Positions 21,536-33,171 of a DNA stretch of 64,000 nucleotides are shown one piece after another. The stretch spans positions 1 through 64,000 of the forward strand of contig JBNGDF010000008.1 of NCBI GenBank assembly GCA_049975265.1, written 5' to 3'. Origin of the DNA: Fidelibacterota bacterium. Lineage in GTDB: Bacteria > Fidelibacterota > UBA2242. The translations under genes were made by a program, and so were the position numbers. The notes under the pieces are model-generated. The model was not told where the DNA came from and searched no databases. It saw only the letters and a program-made list of their open reading frames with translations. The first letter of the stretch is position 1, and each line of letters begins with the position of its first letter.

Positions 21536-22348
21536 TTATTGTGCTCCGGTCACCATTTCAGTGAGCCGCGCGGAAAAAATCGTCACGGCGGTCCCGCCGA
21601 GAAGAATCCGGTCTCCCTTTACCGCGACTCGCACAATCCCGCCGCGGCTGGAAGCCTGATAGGCGGTAAAGGCGGATTTATTCAGTTTGTTCATCCAGTA
21701 TGGACCCAATGTACAGTGAGCGGAGCCGGTGACCGGATCCTCATCAATTCCGATTGCCGGAGCGAAAAACCGGGAGATGAAATCAATTTCCTGACGATCG
21801 GAGCGGGCGGTGACAATGACACCCCGTTGGGTGGTGGCAGCCAGCTGCCGGAAATCCGGTTGCAGCCCGATAATCTCCTCTTCCGAACCGGCTTCGATAA
21901 GATAATCAACTGCATTTTTACCGGTCCAGAGGATGTGGGTAAGCCCCAGGGATTTTGGCAATGCTGACGGGAGTGAGCAGGGCGCCGCCGGTGTGGCGGG
22001 GAAATTCATCTGCAGTCGTCCGTTTTTCATCGTAACGGTCAGCCATCCGCTCATCGTTTGAAAACGTGCCGCCTGGTCCGGCTTGATGGCGCCGGTTTCA
22101 AATAGAATGTGTGCCGTGGCGAGCGTGGCATGCCCGCAGAGCTCTACTTCCGCAACCGGCGTGAACCAGCGCAACCGATAGTCTTTTTCCAGCGGATAGC
22201 AGAAGGCGGTTTCCGACAGGTTCATCTCCGCCGCCAGCTGTTGCATCCATTTTTCCGGTGCCGGTTTTTCCAGAAGACAGACCCCGGCGGGATTACCCCG
22301 AAAGGGTTTTTCCGTAAAGGAATCCACCTGATAAAGTTGTGCTTGCAT
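21536..22348 (-). CDS. PhzF family (DAP epimerase-like) protein
   Basis: VDSFT..PFRGNPAGV, EMNLSETAF, EVELCGHATLA, EDPVTGSAH; start ATG 22348 after GGGAG. Confidence 0.92.
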   Translation of the reverse strand: MQAQLYQVDSFTEKPFRGNPAGVCLLEKPAPEKWMQQLAAEMNLSETAFCYPLEKDYRLRWFTPVAEVELCGHATLATAHILFETGAIKPDQAARFQTMSGWLTVTMKNGRLQMNFPATPAAPCSLPSALPKSLGLTHILWTGKNAVDYLIEAGSEEEIIGLQPDFRQLAATTQRGVIVTARSDRQEIDFISRFFAPAIGIDEDPVTGSAHCTLGPYWMNKLNKSAFTAYQASSRGGIVRVAVKGDRILLGGTAVTIFSARLTEMVTGAQ

Positions 22349-22565
22349 GGCTCCCTTTCTATTGTTTGTCAAAAATAATTTATCCATTTTATCCGGGGAA
22401 TCAAATGCTGGTCGGCGGACAACAGGGATGGAAAGAGATAAACAGGTTCATCCTTCATTTAATAATTAAGATTTTTTCCAATCATTTTTTATATTATGAA
22501 AGCATCTGGATCATCATGATGACACCAAAATATGGCAACCACGGAATAAAGTAAGGAAGAGAATC

Positions 22566-24668
22566 ATGAAAAATCTGTTTCTGCTCTTTTTGGCAATTCT
22601 TTTTACAGGGATCTCCTGTACCCGGGAGAGTGCGGAGAATCCCTTTTTCACGCAGTGGAAGACACCGCTGGGAACGCCACCCTTTGAAAAAATCAGAACC
22701 GGGCACTTTATGCCGGCTTTTGAAGAGGGCATGCGCCTGCAGAAAGCCGAGGTGCACGCCATTATTGCGAACCCCGAGCCGGCGACATTTGAAAATACCA
22801 TCGCAGCGCTGGACTATTCCGGTGAACTGCTGCGCCGGGTGTCCGCCGTATTTTATGCGTTGAATGGCGCCCACACCAACGATGAGTTGCAGCAAATCGC
22901 CAGGGAAATCGCGCCGCAGCTGTCCAAACATGAGGACGATATCGGGTTGAATGACACCCTGTTTCAGCGAATTAAGAGCGTTTACGATCAGAGGGAACGC
23001 CTGGATCTGAATGCCGAACAGGCGAAGCTGCTGGAGAAGTATTACCAGGATTTCGTACGGGGTGGTGCAAATCTCGCTGACGAGAGCAAAAAGCGCTACC
23101 GCGAAATCAATGAAGAACTGGCGGTGCTGACCACCAAATTTGGTGAAAATGTCCTGAAGGAGGATAATAATTTCGAACTGGTCATTGATAATGCTGCCGA
23201 TCTGGCGGGTCTGCCGGATAATGTGATAGCCGCCGGTGCCGCTGCCGCCAAAGAGAGAGGCTATGCCGGTAAATGGGTCTATACTTTGCACAAACCCAGC
23301 TGGATCCCCTTTCTGACCTACTCTGAGAAGCGCGACCTGCGAAAAAAAATCTATCTGGCGTATACCAATCGCTGCAATAACGACAACGAATACGATAACA
23401 AAGCAATCGCCGCCAGAATCGCGGCGCTGCGGGCAGAACGGGCGCAGCTGCTGGGATTTCCTACCCATGCCCACTATGTCCTGGATGTAAACATGGCGAA
23501 AAATCCCGCCAACGTTTATAAATTACTGGATCAGCTCTGGCGACCGGCACTGCAACGCGCCCGTGCCGAACTCCGGGACATGCAGGCGATCGCCAGACGC
23601 GAGGGCGCCCGCTTTCAGTTGGAGTGCTGGGACTGGTGGTACTATGCGGAGAAGCTGAAAAAGGAGAAATATGCTCTGGACGATGACCTGCTGCGACCCT
23701 ATTTTCAACTGAAAAATGTCCGTCAGGGTGCCTTTGACCTGGCGACGAAACTCTGGGGCATCACCTTCCATGAACGCCGGGACATTCCGGTCTATCATGA
23801 GGACGTTCAGGTTTTTGAGGTAAAAGATGCCGACGGTACAATCCTCGGCATGCTGTATGTGGATTACCATCCCCGCGCCAGTAAACGGGGTGGCGCCTGG
23901 TGCGGTTCTTTCCGCAAGCAGATGAAAAAGGACGGTCGAAATATCACCCCGCTGATGACGAATGTGTTCAATCTTTCCAAGCCCACCGCTGAAAAACCGG
24001 CGCTATTGAGTCTGGATGAAGTTGAAACGATTTTTCATGAATTTGGACATGCCCTGCATGGACTCTTCAGCGACGGGACATATCCGCGGCTGACGGGAAC
24101 CAGTGTGCCGCGGGATTTTGTGGAATTGCCGTCTCAGATCATGGAGAACTGGGCGCTGGAGCCGGAGGTTCTGAAAAGCTACGCTTTCCATTATGAAACC
24201 GGTGAGCCGATACCCGATGAGCTGATTGAAAAAATCCGGAAAGCGAGTCTGTTCAATCAGGGTTTTGCGACGGTGGAGTATCTTGCAGCAGCCTATCTGG
24301 ATATGGATTGGCATACCCTGACTACACCCCGCCCGATTGAAGATGTGTTGGAATTCGAGGATGAATCGCTGGGCAGAATCGGGCTGATTCCGGAGATTAT
24401 CAGCCGCTACCGGACTCCCTATTTCCGGCATATTTTTACCAGCGGGTATTCCGCCGGCTACTACAGCTATATCTGGGCGGAGGTGCTGGATGCCGATGCC
24501 TTTCAGGCATTCAAGGAGACCGACCTGTTCAACCGGGAGCTGGCGCAGTCTTTTCGGGAAAACATCCTTGCCAGGGGTGGCAGTGAGGAGCCGATGGTGC
24601 TATACAAGCGTTTTCGCGGCAGGGAGCCGAGCATTGAGCCGCTGCTGGAGAAAAGAGGTTTGAAGTAA
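22566..24668 (+). CDS. dcp: M3 family peptidyl-dipeptidase Dcp-like, probable lipoprotein
   Basis: Lipobox-like TGISC; KRGGAW, FHEFGHALH, DFVELPSQIMENW, GYSAGYYSYIWAEVLDAD. Confidence 0.92.
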   Translation: MKNLFLLFLAILFTGISCTRESAENPFFTQWKTPLGTPPFEKIRTGHFMPAFEEGMRLQKAEVHAIIANPEPATFENTIAALDYSGELLRRVSAVFYALNGAHTNDELQQIAREIAPQLSKHEDDIGLNDTLFQRIKSVYDQRERLDLNAEQAKLLEKYYQDFVRGGANLADESKKRYREINEELAVLTTKFGENVLKEDNNFELVIDNAADLAGLPDNVIAAGAAAAKERGYAGKWVYTLHKPSWIPFLTYSEKRDLRKKIYLAYTNRCNNDNEYDNKAIAARIAALRAERAQLLGFPTHAHYVLDVNMAKNPANVYKLLDQLWRPALQRARAELRDMQAIARREGARFQLECWDWWYYAEKLKKEKYALDDDLLRPYFQLKNVRQGAFDLATKLWGITFHERRDIPVYHEDVQVFEVKDADGTILGMLYVDYHPRASKRGGAWCGSFRKQMKKDGRNITPLMTNVFNLSKPTAEKPALLSLDEVETIFHEFGHALHGLFSDGTYPRLTGTSVPRDFVELPSQIMENWALEPEVLKSYAFHYETGEPIPDELIEKIRKASLFNQGFATVEYLAAAYLDMDWHTLTTPRPIEDVLEFEDESLGRIGLIPEIISRYRTPYFRHIFTSGYSAGYYSYIWAEVLDADAFQAFKETDLFNRELAQSFRENILARGGSEEPMVLYKRFRGREPSIEPLLEKRGLK

Positions 24669-24692
24669 CCACGCTGTTTTTAGCGATTGGAG

Positions 24693-24724
24693 GCGGGAGT
24701 GTCACGGTGACACTCCCGTTTTTT
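24693..24724 (+). terminator. Intrinsic terminator after dcp
   Basis: gcgggagtgtcac-g-gtgacactcccg-tttttt. Confidence 0.9.
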
Positions 24725-24751
24725 ATGTTTTTGGAGACAGCGGAAAAACAC

Positions 24752-24790
24752 TTGACTTTAAAGATTCAACATATTAATATATATTAAAAT
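24752..24790 (+). promoter_or_regulatory. Sigma70-like promoter with overlapping palindromic (ArsR-type) operator
   Basis: TTGACT (24752)-N17-TAATAT (24775); atattaatat|atattaaaat is a 9/10 palindrome at 24771-24790. Confidence 0.6.
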
Positions 24791-24803
24791 ATAGGATTGA
24801 AAA

Positions 24804-25130
24804 ATGGGTGAGAGTTTGGAAGAGATCAAAAAGCGCTTTAAAAACAATGAATTTGCCTGCCAAAAGGTGGTGGATGTCTTTACCCTGATATCCAACAAAA
24901 CCCGTTTCAGGATTTTGTGTCTGCTGGCGGAAGGTGATTTCTGTGTCGGAGATATCGTGGATACGATTCAGATGGGCAACTATTCCAATATTTCCCAGCA
25001 GCTGCGGCTTTTAACGATGGCTGACATTATCACCAGTCGCCGGGACGGAAAACGTATTATCTATCATCTGAAAGACCAGCGTGTCCGGGATGTCATTCAT
25101 TATCTGCATGAGAAATTTTTGGAAAGTTAG
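24804..25130 (+). CDS. ArsR/SmtB family transcriptional repressor (SqrR/BigR-like context)
   Basis: TRFRILCLL, SNISQQLRLL, RRDGKRIIYHL; three Cys. Confidence 0.88.
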   Translation: MGESLEEIKKRFKNNEFACQKVVDVFTLISNKTRFRILCLLAEGDFCVGDIVDTIQMGNYSNISQQLRLLTMADIITSRRDGKRIIYHLKDQRVRDVIHYLHEKFLES

Positions 25131-25139
25131 GAAGGATTA

Positions 25140-26372
25140 ATGAAACGCCTCTTGATTCTGGGCGCCGGGACCGCCGGCACCATTATGGCGAATCGCCTGC
25201 AGCGTAAGCTGGATCGCCGGGAATGGACGATTACCATGGTGGATCAGCACCCGTTTCACTATTATCAGCCCGGTTTTCTGTTTATCCCTTTTGAAATGTA
25301 CACCGCGGCGGATGTAACCCGCGCCAAGACCGATTTTCTGCCGAAGCAGGTCGAGTACATTCAGGAGACGATTGAATTAATCGAAGCGGATAAAAACCGG
25401 GTGAAATTAAACAGCGGTGAAATTCTGGAATATCAGATTCTCGTGATCGCCACCGGTACGGATATTGTTCCTGGCGAGGTGGACGGATTACTGGACAGCG
25501 GCTGGGGCGAGAACGCCTTTGATTTTTATACGATTGAGGGAGCGCAGGCGCTGGCGGAACGGCTGAAGGACTGGAAGGGCGGCAAACTGGTGGTACATAT
25601 TGCCGAGATGCCGATTAAATGTCCGGTGGCACCGCTGGAATTCACCTTTCTGGCGGACTGGTATTTTACCAAAAAGGGTATCCGTGACGACGTGGAAATC
25701 ACCTATGTGACACCCCTGTCCGGCGCGTTTACGCGTCCCCGCGCCTCTGCGGTGCTGAACCATCTGCTGGAGAATAAAAATGTCAGGCTGGTGCCCGATT
25801 TTAATATTATGACCGTGGACGGAGCCTCAAAAAAACTGATCTCTTATGACGAGAAAAAGGTGGATTACGATCTGCTCATATCCATTCCCACCAATATGGG
25901 CAGCAGCGTAATCGGGCGTTCCGGATTGGGTGACGAACTGAATTTTGTACCCACGCAAAAACACACTCTGCAGTCACAAGCCTATGAGAATATCTTTGTC
26001 CTGGGCGATGCGACCGACCTGCCCAGCTCCAAAGCCGGATCGGTGGCGCATTTTCAGGCGGAAATTCTGACCGAAAACATCCTGCGTTTTATTAATAGAA
26101 AACCGCTGAAAGAGGAGTTCGACGGGCATGCCAACTGCTTTATCGAATCGGGATTCGGAAAGGGCTTTCTGATTGACTTCAATTATGATATCGAGCCGGT
26201 GGAGGGGAAATTTCCCCTGCCTGTCATCGGTCCGATGGCGTTATTGAAAGAGTCGCGCATGAATCACCTGGGCAAGCTGGCATTCAAGTGGATTTACTGG
26301 AATGTGCTTCTGCGCGGCTTGCCGATTCCGCTGATCACGGCAAAAATGAGCACCGTTGGAAAGAAAATTTAA
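25140..26372 (+). CDS. sqr: Sulfide:quinone oxidoreductase-like flavoprotein
   Basis: ILGAGTAG, HYYQPGFLF, IKCPVAPLEF, VLGDATD, HANCFIESG (two candidate catalytic Cys). Confidence 0.85.
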   Translation: MKRLLILGAGTAGTIMANRLQRKLDRREWTITMVDQHPFHYYQPGFLFIPFEMYTAADVTRAKTDFLPKQVEYIQETIELIEADKNRVKLNSGEILEYQILVIATGTDIVPGEVDGLLDSGWGENAFDFYTIEGAQALAERLKDWKGGKLVVHIAEMPIKCPVAPLEFTFLADWYFTKKGIRDDVEITYVTPLSGAFTRPRASAVLNHLLENKNVRLVPDFNIMTVDGASKKLISYDEKKVDYDLLISIPTNMGSSVIGRSGLGDELNFVPTQKHTLQSQAYENIFVLGDATDLPSSKAGSVAHFQAEILTENILRFINRKPLKEEFDGHANCFIESGFGKGFLIDFNYDIEPVEGKFPLPVIGPMALLKESRMNHLGKLAFKWIYWNVLLRGLPIPLITAKMSTVGKKI

Positions 26373-26391
26373 ACCAAAAAAGGAGTATGTC

Positions 26392-26706
26392 ATGGCAGTC
26401 AAAAATCTTGCCGGAGTTGACATTAATGTAAACGAAGAGGGTTATCTGACCGATTCGTCGCAATGGACAAAGGACGTTGCCGTTGCTATTGCGAAGGAAG
26501 AGGGCATCGAGCTGACGGAGCTGCATTGGCAGGTCCTGGAATACCTTCGCAAAGAGGTGGCGGAAAACGGCAAGCTGCCTACTATTCGACGGCTGACAAA
26601 GTCCGGTGTTGTGGATACCAAGACGCTGTACCGACTCTTCCCCGACGGACCGTTAAAAAAAGCGGCGAAGATTGCCGGTCTGGAAAAGCCGGTTAGTTGT
26701 GTTTAG
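26392..26706 (+). CDS. TusE/DsrC/DsvC family sulfur relay protein
   Basis: EEGYL...WT..VA..IA..EGIELTELHW.VL.YLR, LFPDGPLKKAAKIAGLEKPVSCV; start ATG 26392 after AGGAG. Confidence 0.92.
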   Translation: MAVKNLAGVDINVNEEGYLTDSSQWTKDVAVAIAKEEGIELTELHWQVLEYLRKEVAENGKLPTIRRLTKSGVVDTKTLYRLFPDGPLKKAAKIAGLEKPVSCV

Positions 26707-26717
26707 AGGAGAGTAAA

Positions 26718-27212
26718 ATGGCGGATGAAAAAATCAAAAAAGTTTCCATCGTAGTCTCCCGGGGCTCACTGGATGGGGTTTATCCCGGTCTGATTATGGC
26801 AAACGGTGCCCGGATGGAGGGCATTGAGGCAAACCTCTTTTTCACCTTTTTCGGGCTCTATGCGGTGCTGGATAAATACATGGACAAGATAAAGATCGCC
26901 ACGGTGGGCAATCCGGCGATGCGGGTGCCCGATGCCAAAGGGTTGCCGCTGCCGACGCTCCTGGGTGCATTGCCCGGCATGTCGGCGTTCGCCACCTGGC
27001 AGATGAACCGGACAATGGATAAGCTGGACATTCCCCCGGTGCGGGAATTTATTGAGATGATCAGCGCCGCCGGAGCGAAACTCTATGCCTGCAAGGCGAC
27101 GGTGGATATGTTCAATCTGCGTATGGAAGATTTCTGTCCCGAGGTAGATAAGGTCCTCACGGTGGGTGAGTTCTATGAGATATCCGCCGGGGCGCAGATT
27201 ATTTTTACCTGA
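26718..27212 (+). CDS. DsrE/DsrF/DrsH-like (DsrE2) sulfur transfer protein
   Basis: SIVVSRGSLD, LFFTFFGL, KLYACKATVDMF. Confidence 0.88.
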   Translation: MADEKIKKVSIVVSRGSLDGVYPGLIMANGARMEGIEANLFFTFFGLYAVLDKYMDKIKIATVGNPAMRVPDAKGLPLPTLLGALPGMSAFATWQMNRTMDKLDIPPVREFIEMISAAGAKLYACKATVDMFNLRMEDFCPEVDKVLTVGEFYEISAGAQIIFT

Positions 27213-27349
27213 GCGCTGACCAAAACGGATGTAGGATAATTTCCAACTTCAGGCTTTGAATTCTGTACGTAACCAAAGATGATCGAACTTCTGTTGGTGC
27301 ATGCGATGAGAATGTTTTAAATTAGTGTCAAAAGCGGAGTCAAGAGCGA

Positions 27350-28693
27350 TTGATCACGTTGAAAAAAGGGCTGAATCTTCCGCTTGACGGTGCCCCGGAG
27401 CCGGAAATTTCAGCGGCGCATGCGGTCGGTCAGGTGGCGCTGCTAGGTCCGGATTATATCGGCATGAGACCAGACTTTGCCGTCACAGTGGGGGACCGGG
27501 TCAAACTGGGACAGTTGCTTTTTACGGATAAAAAGAGACCGGCGATCCGCTTTACGGCGCCCGGTGGCGGGGAAGTGGTTGAGATTAATCGCGGTGCGAA
27601 GCGGCGTTTTTTATCCATCGTCATTCGGTTGGATGGTGACGCTGCCATCGGTTTTCCCTCCTTTTCCGAAAAGCAATCAGAGTCTTTGACACGGGAAAAA
27701 ATAGTGACTCAGCTGCTCGAGTCCGGGGTCTGGACGGCAATTCGCAGCCGACCCTTTGAAAAAATCGCCGATCCGGAGAGCGTTCCTCATTCAATCTTCA
27801 TAACGGCGCTGGATACCAATCCGCTGGCGCCGGATGTGGGAATGATTATCCGCCGGCGAAAAGATGAATTTTTAGCGGGGATTCGGATCATCTCAAAACT
27901 CACCGATGGTCATCTGTTTTTATGTAAATCCCCGGCTGCGGAAATACCGGTCGCGGAGGCAGTGAATGTAAAAGTAGTGGAGTTTGCCGGACCGCATCCG
28001 GCGGGCAATGTGGGGACGCATATTCATTTTCTCGATCCGGTTTCCCGAACCAGGCAGGTCTGGCATCTCATGGCTCAGGATGTCATTGCTGTGGGGCATC
28101 TTTTTTTACGTGGTGAAATATTGACCGAGCGGGTTATTGCGCTCGCCGGACCGCTGGTGAAACAGCCGCGTCTGGTGATTACGCGCACCGGGGCAAACCT
28201 CGCCGATTTGACGAAAGATGAATTGTATGCGGAGCGACGACGGGTGATTTCGGGTTCCATCCTGCATGGTTATCGGTCGGACGAGGCTCTGGGCTATCTG
28301 GGTCGTTTCCATCAGCAGGTGACGGTGATTCCCGAAGGCGGTGTCCGGAAACTGTTCGGCTGGCTGAGTCCCGGATTCCACCGACATTCGGTAAAAAACA
28401 TCGTCCTGTCCAAATTTTTGCGGCATGGCAAAATTGAATTTAATACAGATTTGCATGGCGGTGTTCGTGCCATTATACCGATCGGCAGTTATGAAAAGGT
28501 GATGCCTCTGGATATTCTGCCAACCTTTCTGCTGCGGGCTCTGGCGATGGACGATATTGAAGAGGCGGAAAAGCTGGGTTGTCTGGAGCTGGCGGAGGAG
28601 GATTTAGCTCTCTGCACCTATGTCTGTCCGTCGAAAATCGAGCATGGTGACAATCTGCGCCGGGTATTAACCCTGATTGAGAATGAGGGTTAG
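27350..28693 (+). CDS. nqrA: Na+-translocating NADH:quinone reductase subunit A
   Basis: [40 protein letters not shown]. Confidence 0.96.
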   Translation: MITLKKGLNLPLDGAPEPEISAAHAVGQVALLGPDYIGMRPDFAVTVGDRVKLGQLLFTDKKRPAIRFTAPGGGEVVEINRGAKRRFLSIVIRLDGDAAIGFPSFSEKQSESLTREKIVTQLLESGVWTAIRSRPFEKIADPESVPHSIFITALDTNPLAPDVGMIIRRRKDEFLAGIRIISKLTDGHLFLCKSPAAEIPVAEAVNVKVVEFAGPHPAGNVGTHIHFLDPVSRTRQVWHLMAQDVIAVGHLFLRGEILTERVIALAGPLVKQPRLVITRTGANLADLTKDELYAERRRVISGSILHGYRSDEALGYLGRFHQQVTVIPEGGVRKLFGWLSPGFHRHSVKNIVLSKFLRHGKIEFNTDLHGGVRAIIPIGSYEKVMPLDILPTFLLRALAMDDIEEAEKLGCLELAEEDLALCTYVCPSKIEHGDNLRRVLTLIENEG

Positions 28694-28698
28694 GGCAG

Positions 28699-29898
28699 GT
28701 GTTGCGAAAATTTCTGGATAAGCAGGCAAAGCACTTCTGGCAGGGCGGGAAGCTGGAGCGTTTTTACTATCTGTTTGAAGCCGTGGACACCTTTCTCTAC
28801 TCGCCGGGGAAGGTAACCGGGTCGGTGGTCCATGTTCGTGATGTCATGGACCTCAAGCGTATGATGGTGACGGTGATGGTGGCGCTGATTCCGGCGGTTG
28901 CCATGGCGCTGTACAACACCGGATTACAGGCGAATCTGACGCTTGCCGGGCTGGCATCGGTCCCGCTGGATACCTGGCAGCAGCGGGTCATACACTGGTT
29001 GGGGATCGGATTCAATCCGCACCATTTTTGGGTGAATGTTGTGCACGGTGCGTTCTATTTTTTTCCGGTTTATATTGTTACTCTGGCTGTCGGCGGTTTC
29101 TGGGAGGTGCTGTTTGCCACTGTGCGCCGACATGAGATTGCCGAGGGATTTTTCGTCACGAGTCTGCTCTTTCCGTTGATTCTGCCGCCGACAATCCCCT
29201 ACTGGCAGGTGGCGCTGGGTATCAGCTTCGGCGTGGTCATCGGGAAGGAGGTCTTCGGCGGCGTTGGAATGAATGTTTTAAATCCGGCGCTGGTGGGGCG
29301 GGCGTTTCTCTTTTTTGCCTATCCGGCGCAAATTTCCGGCGACAAGGTCTGGGTGGCGGTGGATGGAATCAGCCGGGCGACGCCCCTGGCGCAAATGGCA
29401 GACCCGGTGATGCAATTCGGGGCGCGCTGGTGGGACGCCTTTTTGGGGTTTATTCCCGGTTCCATGGGGGAGACCTCGACGCTGGCGTGCCTGATCGGAG
29501 CCGCAATTCTGATCTTTACCGGTGTGGGTTCCTGGCGGATCATGCTGAGTATTCTGCTGGGAATGGTGACGACCTCGCTTCTCTTCAATCTGGTTGGCAG
29601 CACGACAAATCCACTGTTTCAGGTGACGCCCTGGTGGCATCTGGTGCTGGGCGGTTTTGCTTTCGGGACGGTGTTCATGGCAACCGATCCGGTGACAGCG
29701 GCGATGACGAATCCGGGCAAGTATCTTTACGGTTTGCTGATTGGTATACTGGTTGTCCTGATCCGGGTCATCAATCCGGCGTTTCCCGAAGGGATGATGC
29801 TGGCGATTCTGTTCGGGAATGTTTTTGCACCGATTATTGACCGGATTTTTATTAATGCCCATATCAAAAGAAGGCAGGCGCGCTATGCCGATGGATAG
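28699..29898 (+). CDS. nqrB: Na+-NQR subunit B
   Basis: [52 protein letters not shown]. Confidence 0.96.
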   Translation: MLRKFLDKQAKHFWQGGKLERFYYLFEAVDTFLYSPGKVTGSVVHVRDVMDLKRMMVTVMVALIPAVAMALYNTGLQANLTLAGLASVPLDTWQQRVIHWLGIGFNPHHFWVNVVHGAFYFFPVYIVTLAVGGFWEVLFATVRRHEIAEGFFVTSLLFPLILPPTIPYWQVALGISFGVVIGKEVFGGVGMNVLNPALVGRAFLFFAYPAQISGDKVWVAVDGISRATPLAQMADPVMQFGARWWDAFLGFIPGSMGETSTLACLIGAAILIFTGVGSWRIMLSILLGMVTTSLLFNLVGSTTNPLFQVTPWWHLVLGGFAFGTVFMATDPVTAAMTNPGKYLYGLLIGILVVLIRVINPAFPEGMMLAILFGNVFAPIIDRIFINAHIKRRQARYADG

Positions 29899-30688
29899 TA
29901 CCCGTAAGACGATTCTGGTGGCGCTGGGCGTCTGCCTGGTCTGCTCGGTGCTGGTGTCCACGGCGGCGGTGAGTTTAAAAAGCCTTCAGGACAGAAACCG
30001 CCGGCTGGATAAACTGCGCAATATTCTGGATGCCGGTAACATCTCCTATGCCGATGCAGATATTCAAAAGTTGTTCAATGAAAAAATCGAAGCGGACATT
30101 ATCGAGCTGCAGAGCGGTTCCATTTTACCCAAAAAGGATTACACCGATTGGCTCAATCCGGAGACGTTTGATATCAAAGCCATAGCGAAAAATCCACAAT
30201 ACAACCGCAGACTGCCAGCCGGTGACGACTTTGCTCAACTCGGACAGATTCCGAGGTATATGGTGGTTTACTGGGTGCGGGACGCCGGACAGATTGCCAA
30301 GGTCATTCTGCCAATTTACGGGAAGGGTCTCTGGTCGACGATGTATGGCTTCATCGCTTTGGACAGCGACTGGATCACGGTACAGGGATTTACGTTTTAC
30401 GAGCATGGTGAGACGCCCGGCTTGGGCGGCGAGGTAGATAATCCAGGCTGGAAGCGTGGCTGGATCGGCAAACGGATCAGCGATGCTGCGGGTAAATTAA
30501 AAATCGAGGTTATCAAGAATAAAGTTGATCCGGCGGATCCCGATGCAATTCATCAGATCGACGGGCTGTCGGGTGCAACGATCACCACCCGCGGCGTCAA
30601 CGACCTGGTGCGTTTCTGGTTGGGTGAGAACGGTTATGGTCCTTTGCTGGAACGTTTACGGGAGGGTGAGTCGCCATGGGCAAAATGA
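29885..30688 (+). CDS. nqrC: Na+-NQR subunit C
   Basis: [14 protein letters not shown] N-terminal TM ([16 protein letters not shown]), [29 protein letters not shown]; start 29885 or 29891. Confidence 0.95.
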   Translation: MPMDSTRKTILVALGVCLVCSVLVSTAAVSLKSLQDRNRRLDKLRNILDAGNISYADADIQKLFNEKIEADIIELQSGSILPKKDYTDWLNPETFDIKAIAKNPQYNRRLPAGDDFAQLGQIPRYMVVYWVRDAGQIAKVILPIYGKGLWSTMYGFIALDSDWITVQGFTFYEHGETPGLGGEVDNPGWKRGWIGKRISDAAGKLKIEVIKNKVDPADPDAIHQIDGLSGATITTRGVNDLVRFWLGENGYGPLLERLREGESPWAK

Positions 30689-31296
30689 AAAAAATTTTGA
30701 CCACCCCGATTTTCAACGAAAATCCGATTGCCTTCCAGATTCTGGGCATCTGTTCGGCACTGGCGGTGACCGCCAAGCTGGAGACCGCCATGGTCATGTC
30801 GCTGGCGGTGACCTTTGTACTGGCTTTTTCCAATTTGTCGGTCAGCCTGATCCGCAAACAGATTCCCGGCAGCATCCGGATCATCGTGGAGATGACCATC
30901 ATTGCGTCGCTGGTGATCATTGCCGATCAGATTATCAAAGCCTTTGCCTATAATATCAGCAAGCAGTTGTCGGTCTACGTGGGTCTGATTATCACCAACT
31001 GTATCATCATGGGGCGGGCGGAAGCTTTTGCCCTGAAGAATCCCCCCTGGGAGAGTTTTCTGGACGGCATCGGCAATGGGTTGGGCTATACGGTCATCCT
31101 GTTGACGGTGGGATTTTTCCGGGAGCTGATCGGATCGGGGAAACTGCTGGGTTTTCAGGTTTTACCGGTGTACACGGAAGGCGGCTGGTACGTGCCAAAC
31201 GGTCTGTTTGTCCTGCCGCCCAGTGCCTTTTTCCTGATTGCGTTGATCATCTGGGCGCTGCGGACCTGGAAGCCGGAACAGGTGCAGGAGGAATAA
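30676..31296 (+). CDS. nqrD: Na+-NQR subunit D
   Basis: [34 protein letters not shown]. Confidence 0.96.
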   Translation: MGKMKKILTTPIFNENPIAFQILGICSALAVTAKLETAMVMSLAVTFVLAFSNLSVSLIRKQIPGSIRIIVEMTIIASLVIIADQIIKAFAYNISKQLSVYVGLIITNCIIMGRAEAFALKNPPWESFLDGIGNGLGYTVILLTVGFFRELIGSGKLLGFQVLPVYTEGGWYVPNGLFVLPPSAFFLIALIIWALRTWKPEQVQEE

Positions 31297-31299
31297 AAG

Positions 31300-31911
31300 A
31301 TGCTGGAGCACTATTTAAGTCTTTTTATCAAATCTGTCTTTATCGAGAATATGGCGCTGGCGTTTTTCCTCGGCATGTGCACCTTTCTGGCGGTTTCCAA
31401 GAAGATCGAGACGGCAGTCGGGCTGGGGCTGGCAGTGGTGGTGGTGCAGACCATCACCGTTCCGGTCAACAATCTGCTCAATCGGTATGTGATTGCCGAT
31501 GGCGCACTGACCTGGGCAGGGCTGCCGGAGGTGGATTTGAGTTTTCTGGGGCTGATCACGTATATCGGGGTGATTGCCGCGATGGTCCAGATTCTGGAGA
31601 TGGTCCTGGATAAATTCATTCCCAAACTGTATCATGCGCTAGGCATTTTCCTGCCGCTGATTACGGTGAACTGTGCAATTCTCGGCGGGTCACTGTTTAT
31701 GGTGGAGCGGAATTACAATTTTCCCGAAAGTGTGATTTTCGGATTGGGATCGGGCACCGGTTTTGCCCTGGCGATAATTGCCTTAGCCGGTGTTCGGGAC
31801 AAAATGAGATATAGTAATGTACCCGCCGGTCTGCGGGGTCTGGGAATTACCTTTATTACGGTGGGACTGATGGCGATTGCCTTTATGCTGTTTTCGGGAA
31901 TTCAATTATAA
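31300..31911 (+). CDS. nqrE: Na+-NQR subunit E
   Basis: [33 protein letters not shown]. Confidence 0.96.
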   Translation: MLEHYLSLFIKSVFIENMALAFFLGMCTFLAVSKKIETAVGLGLAVVVVQTITVPVNNLLNRYVIADGALTWAGLPEVDLSFLGLITYIGVIAAMVQILEMVLDKFIPKLYHALGIFLPLITVNCAILGGSLFMVERNYNFPESVIFGLGSGTGFALAIIALAGVRDKMRYSNVPAGLRGLGITFITVGLMAIAFMLFSGIQL

Positions 31912-31920
31912 GGACTGTTT

Positions 31921-33153
31921 GTGTCGGGAGCAGGTCTCATATTGCTGGGTGTGATTATGTTCACGGTAATCGTACTGGCGCTGGTGATTCTGATTCTCGT
32001 TGCCAAGTCCCGGTTGGTTCCCGGCGGTGATGTCCGGATAACGATTAATGGGGATCCGGGGAAATCGCTGGAAGTGCCAATCGGCGGAAAACTACTGAAT
32101 GTTTTGGCTGACAACGAAATCTATCTGGCATCCGCTTGCGGCGGTGGCGGTACCTGTGGCATGTGCAAGTGTGTCATCACCGCCGGGGGCGGACCGTTGC
32201 TTCCCACTGAGGCGACCCATATCAACCGCCGGGAAGCCCGGGAAGGTGTCCGGCTGGCGTGCCAGGTAGCGGTAAAGGAGGATCTGCAGCTACAGCTTCC
32301 GCCGGAAGTATTTGATGTCCGCAAATGGGAGTGCCGGGTAAAATCGAACCGGTGTGTGGCGACTTTTATCAAAGAGCTGGTTCTGGAATTACCGGAAGGT
32401 GAAGAGGTCGATTTTCGGGCAGGCGGCTATGTTCAAATCGAGGCGCCGCCGCACAGAGTCAAATACGCTGATTTTGAGATTGAAGAGAAATTCCGCGAGG
32501 ATTGGGACCGCTATAACTTATGGCGGTATGTATCGGAAACCGATGAGGAGGTCATGCGTGCCTATTCCATGGCAAATTATCCGGGTGAGAAGGGCATTAT
32601 CATGCTGAATGTCCGGATTGCCACGCCGCCGCCGGACAAACCCGATACACCTCCCGGCAGGATGTCCTCGTATATTTTCAGTTTGAAACCCGGTGACAAG
32701 GTGACTATTTCCGGTCCTTACGGAGAATTTTTTGCCAAAGAGACAGATAATGAGATGGTATTTATTGGCGGAGGTGCTGGGATGGCGCCCCTGCGGTCTC
32801 ACATTTTTGATCAGTTGAAACGGCTGAAGAGCAGACGGACAATCTCTTTCTGGTACGGAGCCCGCAGTCTGCGGGAGGTGTTTTATGCAGAAGAATTCGA
32901 TAAGCTGGCAAAGGAACATGACAATTTCAGCTGGTATCTGGCGCTTTCCCAACCGATGCCCGAAGATTACTGGAGAGGCAAATGCGGATTCATTCATCAG
33001 GTGCTGTTTGATTCTTACCTGAAAGACCATCCCGCACCTGAGGATTGCGAATACTATATCTGCGGACCACCGTTAATGAACGAGGCGGTCATTCACATGC
33101 TTGACAGTCTTGGTGTGGAGCCGGAAAACATCCTCTACGATGATTTCGGTTAA
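31921..33153 (+). CDS. nqrF: Na+-NQR subunit F
   Basis: [12 protein letters not shown] (2Fe-2S), [25 protein letters not shown]-terminal DDFG. Confidence 0.97.
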   Translation: MSGAGLILLGVIMFTVIVLALVILILVAKSRLVPGGDVRITINGDPGKSLEVPIGGKLLNVLADNEIYLASACGGGGTCGMCKCVITAGGGPLLPTEATHINRREAREGVRLACQVAVKEDLQLQLPPEVFDVRKWECRVKSNRCVATFIKELVLELPEGEEVDFRAGGYVQIEAPPHRVKYADFEIEEKFREDWDRYNLWRYVSETDEEVMRAYSMANYPGEKGIIMLNVRIATPPPDKPDTPPGRMSSYIFSLKPGDKVTISGPYGEFFAKETDNEMVFIGGGAGMAPLRSHIFDQLKRLKSRRTISFWYGARSLREVFYAEEFDKLAKEHDNFSWYLALSQPMPEDYWRGKCGFIHQVLFDSYLKDHPAPEDCEYYICGPPLMNEAVIHMLDSLGVEPENILYDDFG

Positions 33154-33171
33154 AGTGAAAAAGCGAGGTTT

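Noticed and set aside
27350..33153. Rnf complex
   Set aside because: The NqrA and NqrF signatures and the A-F gene order identify Na+-NQR
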